Positions 49,433 through 61,713 of a DNA stretch of 64,000 nt are shown here, piece by piece (position 1 is the first letter of the stretch; each line of letters starts with the position of its first letter). Origin of the DNA: Macrostomum hystrix (Eukaryota; Animalia; Platyhelminthes). The DNA is taken from the NCBI GenBank assembly GCA_950097015.1, contig CATNEN010000037.1:1984001-2048000 (forward strand). Direction: 5' to 3'. The notes below the pieces were generated by a model. The model was not told where the DNA came from and did not search any database. It saw only the letters and a program-made list of their open reading frames with translations. A program made the translations under genes and the position numbers.

Positions 49433-52081
49433 ATGCCAAACGGTCACCGCAGAACAGCCTCCCACAGCTGGCTAGACGGCCTGTCAAAGTGCACACAGTG
49501 TGGCGCCGGCACGCAGGTTAACCAGGCGCTGCAGTCTGGCGGCGAGATGGCTCACGAGGTGCACCCATTTCAGGACGCCTACTTCATGCTTGGCCCGTAC
49601 ACTTCCGACAACCTGGCCGGCCTTGAATGCCATCTGTACGCTGTCATTGACGGCTCCGGGCATGGATCGCAGGCATTGGCTGGATTCTTTCGTCAGCACC
49701 TGCCAGCCGAGGTGCTGCTGCAGATGCGAGCCGGAATGCCAGACGAACTCGTGACTGACGTCATGCGGAAGGCTATTCTAAACGTGGACGAAATGTTCAA
49801 GTTGGTTTTATACTTCACTTTTGTTGATTTCATCAGGGTGCAGACTGTGAGTGAGACTACAGACTGTGAGTGAGACTAGAGACTGTGAGTGAGACTACAG
49901 ACTGAGTGAGACTACAGACTGTGAGTAAGGGTGCAGACTGTGAGTGAGACTACAGACTGTGAGTGAGACTACAGACTGTGAGTGAGACTACAGACTGTGA
50001 GTGAGACTACAGACTGTGAGTGAGACTACAGACTGTGAGTGAGACTACAGACTGTGAGTGAGGCTACAGTCTGTGAGTGAGGCTACAGTCTGTGAGTGAG
50101 GGTGCAGACTGTGAGTGAGACTACAGACTGTGAGTGAGGCTACAGTCTGTGAGTGAGGCTACAGTCTGTGAGTGAGGGTGCAGACTGTGAGTGAGACTAC
50201 AGACTGTGAGTGAGGGTGTAGACTGAGTAAGGGTGCAGACTGTGAGTGAGGATGCAGACTGTGAGTGAGGCTACAGACTGTGAGTGAGACTACAGACTGT
50301 GAGTGAGACTACAGTCTGTGAGTGAGGGTGCAGACTGTGATTGAGACTACAGACTGTGAGTGAGGGTGTAGACTGAGTAAGGGTGCAGACTGTGAGTGAG
50401 GATGCAGACTGTGAGTGAGGCTACAGACTGTGAGTGAGACTTCAGCGTGATCCGAAACTGCCCCAGGAACAATGTGGTGTCGGAGAACCAGCGCAGAATG
50501 GATGACGCCCAGCAGCGGGTGGACCAGATGCGCGAGTCGCACACTAGCAGTGAGGCGGACCTAATGGATAGCCTGGCCCAGCTGCACAGCCTAAGGCAGG
50601 GCATGGACGCTCGCTGCTCCATCACCATGGCGCTGCTGTACTCCGAGAAGCTCTACGTTGCCAGCGTCGGCGCCTCCTGTCGGGCCCTGCTGTGCAGAAC
50701 TCAGCCCCGTAGGCAGGCTCTGCGCTTCCAGCTGTTGACGCCAGCCTCGCCGCCAACCTCCGCGAGCTTTTTGTTGGGCTCGCCCACGCCCGGAGACACG
50801 CCGCTTGTGTCGCTGACTGGCCCGGTGGAGTCGCCCCAGGACTGGGCCTTCTTGCTGCTCATGACTAAGTGAGTTGGCTCAATGGAGTCTGGCTTGGCCA
50901 CTGGTGTCAGGGGTCCGCACTACTGAATTGCTGGGATCTTAGTTTTGAAGTGTTCTCCACTTCCCAATTAATCCCTATCTACAGAGGCGTGTTTCAAACT
51001 CTGGAGATGGTAACCGCCAAGGACGATCGGACCAACAATCGCCAGATTGTGAGCCTGGTGGCCAAGGAGTTGCGAAATAGCGACAACTCCCTGCTAGCCG
51101 CCTCCCAGTCCGTTGTTGACAATGTTGTTCGACTGCATAAGGAAGCCGTGTTCTACGCTGGCGACTGCGACCAACAGGTGAGTTCTCTCGCTTCTATGCG
51201 CGTGTTCTTAACTGGACTGCCCACCCCTCCTCCCTGTTCTTATATAGCTGGACTGCCCAACTTTGCTCCCTGCTCTTAACTTGACTGCCCACCCCTCTTC
51301 CCTGTTCTTAAATGTACTGCCCACCCCTGCTCCCTGCTCTTAACTTGACTGCCCACCCCTCTTCCCTGTTCTTAACTTGACTGCCCACCCCTCTTCCCTG
51401 CTCTTAACTAGACTGCCCACCCCTCCTCCCTCTTCTTGACTGGACTGCCCACCCCACCTCCCTGTTCTTAACTGGACTGCCCATGCCCACCCCTCCTCCC
51501 TGTTTTTAACTTGACTGCCCACCCCTCCTCCCTCTTCTTAACTAGACTGCCCACCCCTCCTCCCTATTCTTATCTAGACTGCCCACCCCTACTCCCTGCT
51601 CCTAACTGAACTGCCCATCCGTAAAAAAACAACTTTCGATTTGAACCTATCGGCCAACAATCGCTCGTTTCTTCAGGTGATTCGCGACGACATGACCCTG
51701 CTGGTGCGCGACTTTCACTATCGCCAGCTACCCGGCCAGCAGAGCAGCGACGCCCAGCAGCACACATTCCTGATCGCGTCCGGACCAGACAGCGCCGAAA
51801 ACTCGCTGGACTCAGGCTCCAACTCGCTGGACAATAGCAAGCTGTTCTCTGAGCCCTGCGATGCCTATCTACCGCTTGCCGAGTGGCAGGCGGCGCTGGA
51901 CTCGCTCAGCCAGGAACAGCTGGTCAGGGTGCGCCAGATTATCGATCGGCACCCGGAGCACCACCGGGTGGCGCGCGACGTCATTCGCGAAGAGTCCATC
52001 GACGAGAGCAGCCTGGCGTCAGCCGGGGGCGCAGACGCTGATGATGCTGAGGATGAAGTTGAAATTATTGCTCAACTGTGA
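49433..52081 (+). CDS. TAB1: TAK1-binding protein 1 (PP2C-like pseudophosphatase), about 462 aa; exons 49433-49800, 50446-50868, 50985-51177, 51677-52081
   Basis: SWLDGLSKC, LPAEVLL, KLYVASVG..RALLCR, FLLLMTKGVFQTLE, SVVDNVVRLH, DDMTLLVRDF and the C-terminal EPCDAYLPLAEW resemble TAB1 motifs as I recall them (SWTDDLPLC, LSAELLL, KLYVANVG, FLVLMSEGLY, EDMTLLVRNF, EPYVDFAEF). Splice phases 2, 2, 0 are compatible. Confidence 0.87.
49838..50445. repeat. 19-bp minisatellite in TAB1 intron 1 (GACTGTGAGTGAGACTACA)
   Basis: About 30 tandem copies, ending at the 3' splice site. Confidence 0.95.
51215..51620. repeat. About 32-bp C-rich minisatellite in TAB1 intron 3
   Basis: Copies of GACTGCCCACCCCTCCTCCCTGTTCTTAACTT-like units. 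Confidence 0.9.
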
Positions 52082-52580
52082 AACCGGGATGCTCACCTGT
52101 TAGACAAAATTTTTACCAGTTAGACAGGCTGTAGCCGGTTGAACAATAAATCAACTGTTAATTGGCAGGTTGTTCACCTGTTTGACAAGATTTTTATCTG
52201 TTAGACAAGGGCGAGATGTAAAAATGTATAAAAAAATTACGATTATAAAAAATAATGAAATAATAGGCAATGTATTCTGAATAATGTTCACCTACTGTCT
52301 CTTTTACTTCTTTATAAATTCAATATTATTTCAATTAAAACAGACATTCTTTCTTATTTTCATATTTACCAGACTAAAAAGTTGTGCTTTTTTGTCTTAC
52401 GTTGAAATATGATTGTAAATTTATTATAATATCTATTCATAGTTGAATACATCCAATGGCGTAGTCTGCGTTGTTGTGAGTTGTTTTGATTTCTGTGTCA
52501 AATCTGCTTGCCAAACCAGTTTCAGCGCTAGCTATAAAATTCTCGCACAAATCAGATTATAAAGGCTGAAGCGCGTGAGA

Positions 52581-54529
52581 ATGGACAGCCCTGCCTACCA
52601 CGCATTTGTTTTGGCCGGCTGTTCCCTGTTCTGGTACCTGACGTATCGCAGCCTGAAGCCGACTCTACTCAGCTCCGTTGGCATCGGCGATAACAGCAGG
52701 CCGCGACGCCGCATTCCAGCCAATGGCGTCAGCGGCGAAAATTCCGCCGAGTCTAGCGGCGGCGACGTCGGCGCAAGCGTCAACGGATTCGAAGAGGTGT
52801 CAGCCGCGGCCGACACATTCAAAGTGTCCCAGCTGACAGTTCCGCGCGAAGCAGTCGGTGCTGTCATTGGCAAAGACGGAGCCAACATCCGCCAGCTTCA
52901 GCAGGCCACCAGAACGCGCATCACGTTCGTTGATCGGCCGACGGAAGCGTCTGCGGCGGCGGCTGCAAGCGGCGACCAGCAGCAGCAGCCAGCAACCGAG
53001 ACGGTTCGCATTCGCGGCGAGGCCAGCTGCGTCCACACCGCCGAAGAGGAGCTGCGCCGGATCATAGCGTCGGTGCCGCGCAAGGAGTCGCTCGAGTTCC
53101 GCCTGGCCTGTCGCTACATCGGCCCCCTCATTGGCCGCGGCGGCCAGCAGGTGCGAAACTTGATGGCACAGTCGCGCTGTAGAATTGATATCGAGCGCAG
53201 CAGCGGAGGAGCCAGCAATGAGGATACTCGCCAAGTCACACTGCGCGGCACCCGGGACCAGATCGACCTGGCGAAGACCCTGATCGATCAGCTGTGCGCC
53301 GAAATCGATCAACGTGAAAACGGCCCCAGACGCTACAATGGCATCAATGATCGTCCTAAAAATGGCGCCCTGAACCGTCCGACCGCTTCGCAATCATCCA
53401 GCGCGTCAACTATATACTCTCCGTCACAGACGGCACAACCGTTGGACCAGTCTCCTCCGCCTCATCATCAGCCGTCTGCCCTTCCAGTCGTCCAGTTTGC
53501 CGCATTCCCACCCGAGGCTACTGAGGTCCCAGTAAAAGTCTGCGTGACGGCTGTTGGCGACGATCCACTACTGTTCTATCTGGTGCGCGACAATGAGCAG
53601 GGGCGTAGCCTCGGCAGTCTGGTGTCGTCGATGATTGCTTTCTACAACCAACTAGGTCCGGACGATCCTCTAGGTCGCGACCTTCGTCAGGGCGATATTG
53701 TGGCCGCTTATTACGATCGTGAGAGCACCTGGCAGAGGGCCCGCGTCGTCAACATCGAGCCGGACGAGACGGGCGTCGGCCAAGTCGACATGGACTGTCT
53801 GGACTACGGCGACTCAATTGTTGTGCCTGTTGGTCGGGTGTTCAGGCTGGTGCCGAAATTCTGCGAACTGCCATTTCAGGTTAGATTTATGACAGTTGCG
53901 GGCACCTGAACTAAGCACAAGTCTCTTCGAGTACCCCTGCACCAATTCTCTTTTAGTTCACCTGCCCCAATTCTCTTCTAGTGCACCTGCACCAATTCTC
54001 TTCTGGTACACATGCACAAATTCTCTTCTAGTGCACCTGCACCAATTCTCTTCTAGTGCACCTGCACCAATTCTCTTCTAGTGCACCTGCACCAATTCTC
54101 TTCTAGTGCACCTGCACCAATTCTCTTCTAGTGCACCTGCACCAATTCTCTTCTAGTGCACCTGCACCAATTCTATTCTGGTACACCTGCACCAGTTTTC
54201 TTCTAGTAAGCCTGCATAAATTCTCTTCTAGTGCACCTGCACTTATTTGTTTAACTGACCCGTGCACTCTTGTTGTTGCCACCCACTGCAGGCCATCCGG
54301 TGCACTCTAGACGCAGAAGTCGCCCTACCGGCCGGTCCGTAGTGACGAATGCATTGCTAAATTCCAGCTGCTAACCAAGTGCCTCTCATTCGAGCCAATC
54401 CTGGCTCGCCTGATTCGCTTCAGGCCTGGCGACGGCGAGCCGGTGCTGCAGCTGCTGGTGCCTGACCCAGCCGACGGGCGAGAAATTTGCCTCACTGAGG
54501 AGCTGCGGCGACTCGGCTACCTTGTTTGA
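52581..54529 (+). CDS. TDRKH: Tudor and KH domain protein TDRKH/Papi (piRNA pathway); exon 1 52581-53879, exon 2 from 54292 (or 54311) to 54529, with a frame problem near 54340
   Basis: N-terminal hydrophobic anchor (AFVLAGCSLFWYLTY), two KH domains (GAVIGKDGANIRQL, GPLIGRGGQQVRNL), extended Tudor (WQRARV...LDYGD...LPFQ|AIRCTL...SDECIAKFQLLTKC...ELRRLGY). Confidence 0.88.
53930..54240. repeat. 25-bp minisatellite in the TDRKH intron (CACCAATTCTCTTCTAGTGCACCTG)
   Basis: Direct tandem copies. Confidence 0.93.
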
Positions 54530-56987
54530 CTATTGGCACTGTTGTCACAAGTCAGCTGTAAACTTGAAGCAAGTTAATTTTTTACTAATATCCTGACAGC
54601 GCCCGTACTATTAAAGCCTGTGTACCCTAAGTTCAAACTTAAGAACTGAAATTTAATAAACTTATTAATAGTTGCTCACAGTATTTCCATTAGCTAAATG
54701 GGATATACTAAATTTCTGCTTTTGTACCTTTACCTGTCTTTGTTTGTGTTCGAAGTCATTTGTTGTATTAGCAGTTATAATGTGTTATAATAGTAAATAT
54801 GGTGCACATCAAGGTTATTGCATTTATGAAAAGCGTAGCAATTTATAACATTTCATGTAAATAAATCGGTGAATTACAAGTTTGTTTTAAAAATTTAGTT
54901 CGGTTAGACTTAATGTTGGTTGTTTTCCCGACTAATAATTGCTCTGAACTTTTGTTTTCTTAAATCCGTCATTTTTATCAAGATGCTTTTTAATGCGGAA
55001 AACACTCAAAGAAAAGAAGCATTATAGAATTACAAGTAAAAGCGTTATAAAAAACGTTTCAAGACTTCGAGAAATTTAAGCGCTAAATCAAAAGGTTTAG
55101 TCTAGAAAATGTTCAAATACTTGAATTTAGATGCATACAAATAAAACCAATAATTGTAAAACAAAATATGCATAAATATTCTAGTAAAATATTAAAAATT
55201 TCAAGAAACTAGATTTTGCATGGGAAAGTACATGGATAGTACCCAATGCTTATCTGGGCTTCTAAGAATTATTGAACTATTTATCTCGTATTTTTTAAAC
55301 ATAAATTTTTAATATAAATTCGCAAAAGGAAGTGGCTATTCGTACGGCAGTCCGGAAGTATAAAATCCAATAATTCACCATGAGGAAGCTTGCCGCGGGT
55401 TGGCGAACACGTACAATTTTATCATCTAACCGTGCACAAAATTATCAAACAGTTTTTATTCATAAGAAAAATCTACAAGCATCGCAGTTTACATTTTAGA
55501 TTTTTTATAACTCGTTTCATAATTTCTTGGAAATGCACTACAAGATAGGAGATTCTGCCGTACTAATAGCCACTACCTTCGCAAAAACATAACCAAAATT
55601 CAAGTTAAGATTTCACGAAAAGTCACAATTGTTACAAAAAGTTACAGGCTTTGCAGTAAAAGTTTTTTCTGACAGCAAAGCGACACTTATTCATTGAAAA
55701 TATTTCTGAGAGAAAAGTAATCAATCACACAGGAAACGATTAAAAGGGTTCAAGAAAAATTTTAATTGTTGCTTCTTGACATAAAATTCTAGAGAGGTAC
55801 AAGGTCGATTTCCCGATTATGCGAATGGAAAAATCATTTTAGTGTTTATATTTTAGATGTCACGAGTCTTCGAAATTTAATTAGAAGTTAATTTTTGAAC
55901 AATAATTTATTTAGAAAAATGATACTAAAACTTATTACAATTACACCCGCTAACTGAACTAGTAAATGTTTTACAAGTGAACTTTCCGGCTTCTTTTAGT
56001 TTTCGTTTGTTGTCGTTAGTTGGCACGCTAGCGTTCTCTTAATTTTTCGACTTCCGCGTGTGTCCAGGAAATCGCATTCGCAAATTTAAGTTAACTGTCT
56101 CCAAACAACGCAGCTAGAAGTTAGCTCGTTTTTTTCTAATTCGGTTACAGTTTCTATAATCTGAAGGTAAGATACTATTTTTAGCATTTCTTCATTTTTT
56201 GAGGACGACATTTGGCTTCTAGTAATTTATTTAATTTATTTAGAAGCGAGAAAAAGATAAATAATTTTTTCTTTTAAAGGATCGTTAATTTAACTAATGA
56301 ATAGCTATTTTAGCTCAAGTAATATTGTCAGTTGAAATAAAACTCTTCTCATATAGGATTGAAGTAAATGCTTAAATTAGTTTATAGTGCAAATGCCAAT
56401 AATAATAAAATGGATTTGAATATTTGTTTCAATTCAATTTAAGATATCAACAAGTCTTTCTGATCGGTTCAGGTCTATCCTTTACAAAAACCAGTGAAAT
56501 ATATCGTTGAATCAGCTTATATTAAAACAGAATTTATACAATGTGCCCAGGCATTTTCTACAGATTACAAACCATTTTACGAAAAAAGATCTGCAACAAA
56601 AATGTAAATCGTAGGTAGCCTTTCTAAGTATTTACAGTGATTCTGTCTAGTGCTTGTTTATTTTTTACTCGTATTTAAAGTTACAGGACTAAAACTCAAT
56701 TGTTTAAAATATCGCATAGACATTTACTAAGGATAAAGCTAAAGGATCAACAGATTAATAAATATAATTTGGAACTGTAGTAATAAACTATGGCTATGGA
56801 CGAATAAATTCCACAAAAAATAATTTGTGAAATTTAATTTTTACTTTTTTTTTCGCGATAGTTGAAATTAAGAGAACTTGTCATTCATTAAAAATAACGT
56901 TTTAATTTTCAACTCCAAACCTCACAAGCCGCAGCAGGTTCCATCAACCCATTAGCTTAGCCAGCCCAAAGTGCAACAGTCGCAGAG

Positions 56988-59900
56988 ATGTCGTCCACAC
57001 TGCCACTGGACGGTCGCGGTGGCCGCCCGGCGGAATACGAGACCACCATGTCCAAGAAGGAGTACTACACCCTGAGAGACAAGGGTGTGCCAGCCTACCA
57101 GACCGCCACTATGCAGTCGCAGCAGTCCTCTCAGGCTGGCAGAGCTGCCAAACTGCCAGCCGGAAAGTTGAAGCCAATCGAGGTGGTGATGCTGGACGGA
57201 TCTGTACACACCTTCGACATTGATGTGAGAACTTCTTTGAGATTAAGTGAGATTGGGAGATTTAGAAAGATATTGAGACATGGATACAAACATCTCTAGA
57301 AAGATATTGAGACATGGATACAAACATCTCTCTTTCTGAGAGATGGATAGAGAAAGGGAGATGGATAGAGAAAGGGAGATGGAGAGGGATAGGGAGATGG
57401 ATAGAGAGGGAGACGGATAGGGATAGGGAGATGGAGAGAGAGAGGGAGAGGGAGAGTGGGTAGACAGGTGAGAGGGAGAGTGGGTAGACAGTGGGTAGAC
57501 AGTGAAAGGGAGATGGATAGAGAAAGGGAGATGGATAGAGAAAGGGAGATGGAGAGGGATAGGGAGATGGAGAGAGATAGGGAGATGGATAGAGAGGGAG
57601 ATGGATAGGGATAGCGAGATGGAGAGAGAGGGAGAGGGAGAGTGGGTAGACAGGTGAGAGGGAGAGTGGGTAGACAGGTGAGAGGGAGAGTGGGTAGACA
57701 GGTGAGGGGGAGAGTGGGTAGACAGGTGAGAGGGAGAGTGGGTAGACAGGTGAGAGGTAGAGTGGGTAGACAGGTGAGGGGGAGAGTGGGTAGACAGGTG
57801 AGAGGGAGAGTGGGTAGACAGGTGAGAGGGAGAGTGGGTAGACAGAGACAGGTGAGAGGGAGAGTGGGTAGACAGGTGAGAGGGAGAGTGGGTAGACAGG
57901 TGAGAGGGAGAGTGGGTAGACAGGTGAGAGGGAGAGTGGGTAGATAGGTGAGAGGGAGAGTGGGTAGACAGAGACAGGATAGAGGCGCAGAGCAAAGAGC
58001 CAATCAGGCAGTGACTACAGTTTATTGTAAAGACTGAAATGTTAGGCTCAGACATGGGCGCCAGTGAGCACTGCAGTGGGTACAGACCATTTTTCGGAAT
58101 GGAAAATATGCTTAGAAAAGGAATTTAGCTTTAAAAAACGCATTTGTACCCGAAGATCTCTAACACAGTCGAATAGGTACATTGGCAGCAATGAAGTCCT
58201 AAGACTTAATTAGTAAACCAGCTAATTGATTTTGTCAGTCAGGCCTCGGTGCGTATTGTCCGATCTCCAGTCTAGAAAAAGCATTCACTTTGCCGGCTGT
58301 GAAAACCTGATTCAGAAATTAAAGAGCTCACTTTCTAGGGACAATGTGCCATTTTTAGCTTAAAGCGTTATTTTTACTCTTTAGTTCTTCTTATTGCATT
58401 TTAATTTACTGCTGGTATGCGAGCCAGGTCACGTTAGGAAACGGAGCTGGTTAGGGAAGTGAGAGGGAGAGAAAGAGGTGAGAAAGAGATTTTGATAGAA
58501 GTGAGAAATAGATTTTGATAGAAGTGAGAGGGAGAGTGATTGAGGTGAGAGGGAGGGTGATGGAGGTGAGAGGGAGAGTGATGGAGGTGAGAGGGAGAGT
58601 GATGGAGGTGAGAGGGAGAGTGATGGAGGTGAGAGGGAGAGTGATGGAGGTGAGAGGGAGAGTGATGGAGGTGAGAGGGAGAGTGATGGAGGTGAGAGGG
58701 AGAGTGAGATAGAGCTGAGAGGGAGAGTGAGATAGAGCTGAAAGGGAGAGTGAGAAAGAGCTGAAAGGGAGAGTGAGATAGAGCTGAGAGGGAGAGTGAG
58801 ATAGAGCTGAGAGGGAGAGTGAGATAGAGCTGAGAGGGAGAGTGAGATAGAGCTGAGAGGGAGAGTGATGGAGGTGAGAGGGAGAGTGATGGAGGTGAGA
58901 GGGAGAGTGATGGAGGTGAGAGGGAGAGTGATGGAGGTGAGAGGGAGAGTGATGGAGGTGAGAGGGAGAGTGAGATAGAGCTGAGAGGGAGAGTGAGATA
59001 GAGCTGAGAGGGAGAGTGATGGAGGTGAGAGGGAGAGTGATGGAGGTGAGAGGGAGAGTGATGGAGGTGAGAGGGAGAGTGAGATAGAGCTGAAAGGGAG
59101 AGTGAGATAGAGCTGAGAGGGAGAGTGAGATAGAGCTGAGAGGGAGAGTGAGATAGAGCTGAAGGGAGAGTGAGATAGAGCTGAGAGGGAGAGTGAGATA
59201 GAGCTGAGAGGGAGAGTGAGATAGAGCTGAGAGGGAGAGTGAGATAGAGCTGAGAGGGAGAGTGATGGAGGTGAGAGGGAGAGTGATGGAGGTGAGAGGG
59301 AGAGTGAGATAGAGCTGAGAGGGAGAGTGAGATAGAGCTGAAAGGGAGAGTGAGATAAGAGCTGAGAAGGGAGAGTGAGATAGAGCTGAGAGGGAGAGTG
59401 AGATAGAGCTGTGAGGGAGAGTGAGATAGAGCTGAAGAGGGAGAGTGAGATAGAGCTGAGAGGGAGAGTGAGATAGAGCTGAGAGGGAGAGTGAGATAGA
59501 GCTGAGAGGGAGAGTGAGATAGAGCTGAGAGGGAGAGTGATGGAGGTGAGAGGGAGAGTGATGGAGGTGAGAGGGAGAGTGATGGAGGTGAGAGGGAGAG
59601 TGATGGAGGTGAGAGGGAGAGTGAGATAGAGCTGAGAGGGAGAGTGAGATAGAGCTGAGAGGGAGAGTGATGGAGGTGAGAGGGAGAGTGATGGAGGTGA
59701 GAGGGAGAGTGATGGAGGTGAGAGGGAGAGTGATGGAGGTGAGAGGGAGAGTGAGATAGAGCTGAGAGGGAGAGTGAGATAGAGCTGAGAGGGAGAGTGA
59801 TGGAGGTGAGAGGGAGAGTGATGGAGGTGAGAGGGAGAGTGATGGAGGTGAGAGGGAGAGTGAGATAGAGCTGAAAGGGAGAGTGAGATAGAGCTGAGAG

Positions 59901-61713
59901 GGAGAGTGAGATAGAGCTGAGAGGGAGAGTGAGATAGAGCTGAAAGGGAGAGTGAGATAGAGCTGAGAGGGAGAGTGAGATAGAGCTGAGAGGGAGAGTG
60001 ATGGAGGTGAGAGGGAGAGATATGGAGGTGAGAGGGAGAGTGATGGAGGTGAGAGGGAGAGTGATGGAGGTGAGAGGGAGAGTGATGGAGGTGAGAGGGA
60101 GAGTGATGGAGGTGAGAGGGAGAGTGTTGGAGGTGAGAGGGAGAGTGATGGAGGTGAGAGGGAGAGTGATGGAGGTGAGAGGGAGAGTGATGGAGGTGAG
60201 AGGGAGAGTGATGGAGGTGAGAGGGAGAGTGAGATAGAGCTGAGAGGGAGAGTGAGATAGAGCTGAGAGGGAGAGTGAGATAGAGCTGAGAGGGAGAGTG
60301 AGATAGAGCTGAAAGGGAGAGTGAGATAGAGCTGAGAGGGAGAGTGAGATAGAGCTGAGAGGGAGAGTGAGATAGAGCTGAGAGGGAGAGTGATGGAGGT
60401 GAGAGGGAGAGTGATGGAGGTGAGAGGGAGAGTGATGGAGGTGAGAGGGAGAGTGATGGAGGTGAGAGGGAGAGTGATGGAGGTGAGAGGGAGAGTGATG
60501 GAGGTGAGAGGGAGAGTGAGAAAGGTGATGGGGAAAATGATGGAGGTGAGAGGGAGAGTGAGATAGAGCTGAAAGGGAGTGTGAGATAGAGCTGAGAGGG
60601 AGAGTGAGATAGAGCTGAGAGGGAGAGTGAGATAGAACTGAGAGGGAGAGTGACATAAGGTGAGAGGGAGAGGGAGATAGAGCTGAGAGGGAGAGTGAGA
60701 TAAGGTGAGAGGGAGAGTGAGATAGAGCTGAGAGGGGAGAGTGAGATAGAGCTGAGAGGGAGAGTGAGAGGGAGAGTGAGAAAGAGGAGCGAGGGTTAGA
60801 GAAAGAGGGAGAAGTATAAAATTTGATTGAAGTGGGTAACTTGACAAGTAATTTGTGTCAGTAATCGAAACAAAAAAGTACACAAAAAGAAGCAAAATTT
60901 AATAACTTTTTTTATCTCTAGCCAAACGGCAAAGCGTCCGACCTGTTCGATGAGGCTTGCCAGGCGCTGAGCCTGCACGAGAAGGAGTACTTCAGCCTGT
61001 GCTACCGGGACTCGAACCACATGTTTGTGAGTGACTACTCCCATCACTGCTAGATTTAGTAGCTGTAGCTAGCTATGCATTAGCCATGCCAATACGAGCG
61101 GTATGTTCCCACTGGCTTTGTCTAACAAGAGAACAAGCCTGTCTAACAGGTGAACTAGCCTGTCTAACAGGTGAACTAGCCTGTCTAACAGGTGAACTAG
61201 CCTGTCTAACAGGTGAACTAGCCTGTCTAACAGGTGAAGAAGCCTGACTAACAGGTGAAGAAGCCTGACTAACAGGTAAACAAGCCTGTCTAACAGGTTA
61301 ACTAGCAGGGAGAGTGACAGGGAGCTTAGTTCACAGGCTAGGTGAACTAGCCTATCTAACAGGTGAACTAGCCTGTCTAACAGGTGAACTAGCCTGTCCA
61401 ACAGGTGAACTAGCTTGTCCAACAGGTGAACTAGCCTGTCTAACAGGTGAACTAGCCTGTCTAACAGGTGAACTAGCCTGTCCAACAGGTGAACTAGCTT
61501 GTCCAACAGGTGAACTAGCCTGTCTAACAGGTAACTATCCGCAGTGTAGTAGCTTAAGCTGACCTAATTCTTGCTGCAATATTGTACTTAAACATAATAC
61601 TCGTACTTCAGTTTAAATGACTAAAGCATGCATTCATAATGATTCACATTCACACAAAATTGCTTTTCAGTTCTGGCTCAACGGCGAGAAGAAGATTGGC
61701 AAACAGATAGGCA
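56988..61713 (+). CDS. Band 4.1/FERM-domain protein, 5' part only; exons 56988-57224, 60922-61026, 61671-61713, continuing beyond the window
   Basis: Spliced translation ...IEVVMLDGSVHTFDID|PNGKASDLFDEACQALSLHEKEYFSLCYRDSNHMF|FWLNGEKKIGKQIG matches the FERM N-lobe. A likely 5' UTR donor G|GTAAGA lies at 56167. Confidence 0.85.
57340..57985. repeat. GA-rich minisatellites (24-bp GGTGAGAGGGAGAGTGGGTAGACA and shorter units) in FERM gene intron 1
   Basis: Direct tandem copies. Confidence 0.92.
58530..60790. repeat. 2.3-kb purine-rich array of interleaved 21-bp (GAGAGGGAGAGTGATGGAGGT) and 23-bp (GAGAGGGAGAGTGAGATAGAGCT) units
   Basis: Direct tandem copies in alternating blocks. Confidence 0.95.
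61130..61535. repeat. 21-bp minisatellite in FERM gene intron 2 (AGGTGAACTAGCCTGTCTAAC)
   Basis: Direct tandem copies in two blocks. Confidence 0.92.

Noticed and set aside
58434-60895. 740-aa and 814-aa minus-strand ORFs
   Set aside because: They are translations of the 21/23-bp array, which lacks stop codons on that strand, and lie antisense in an intron.
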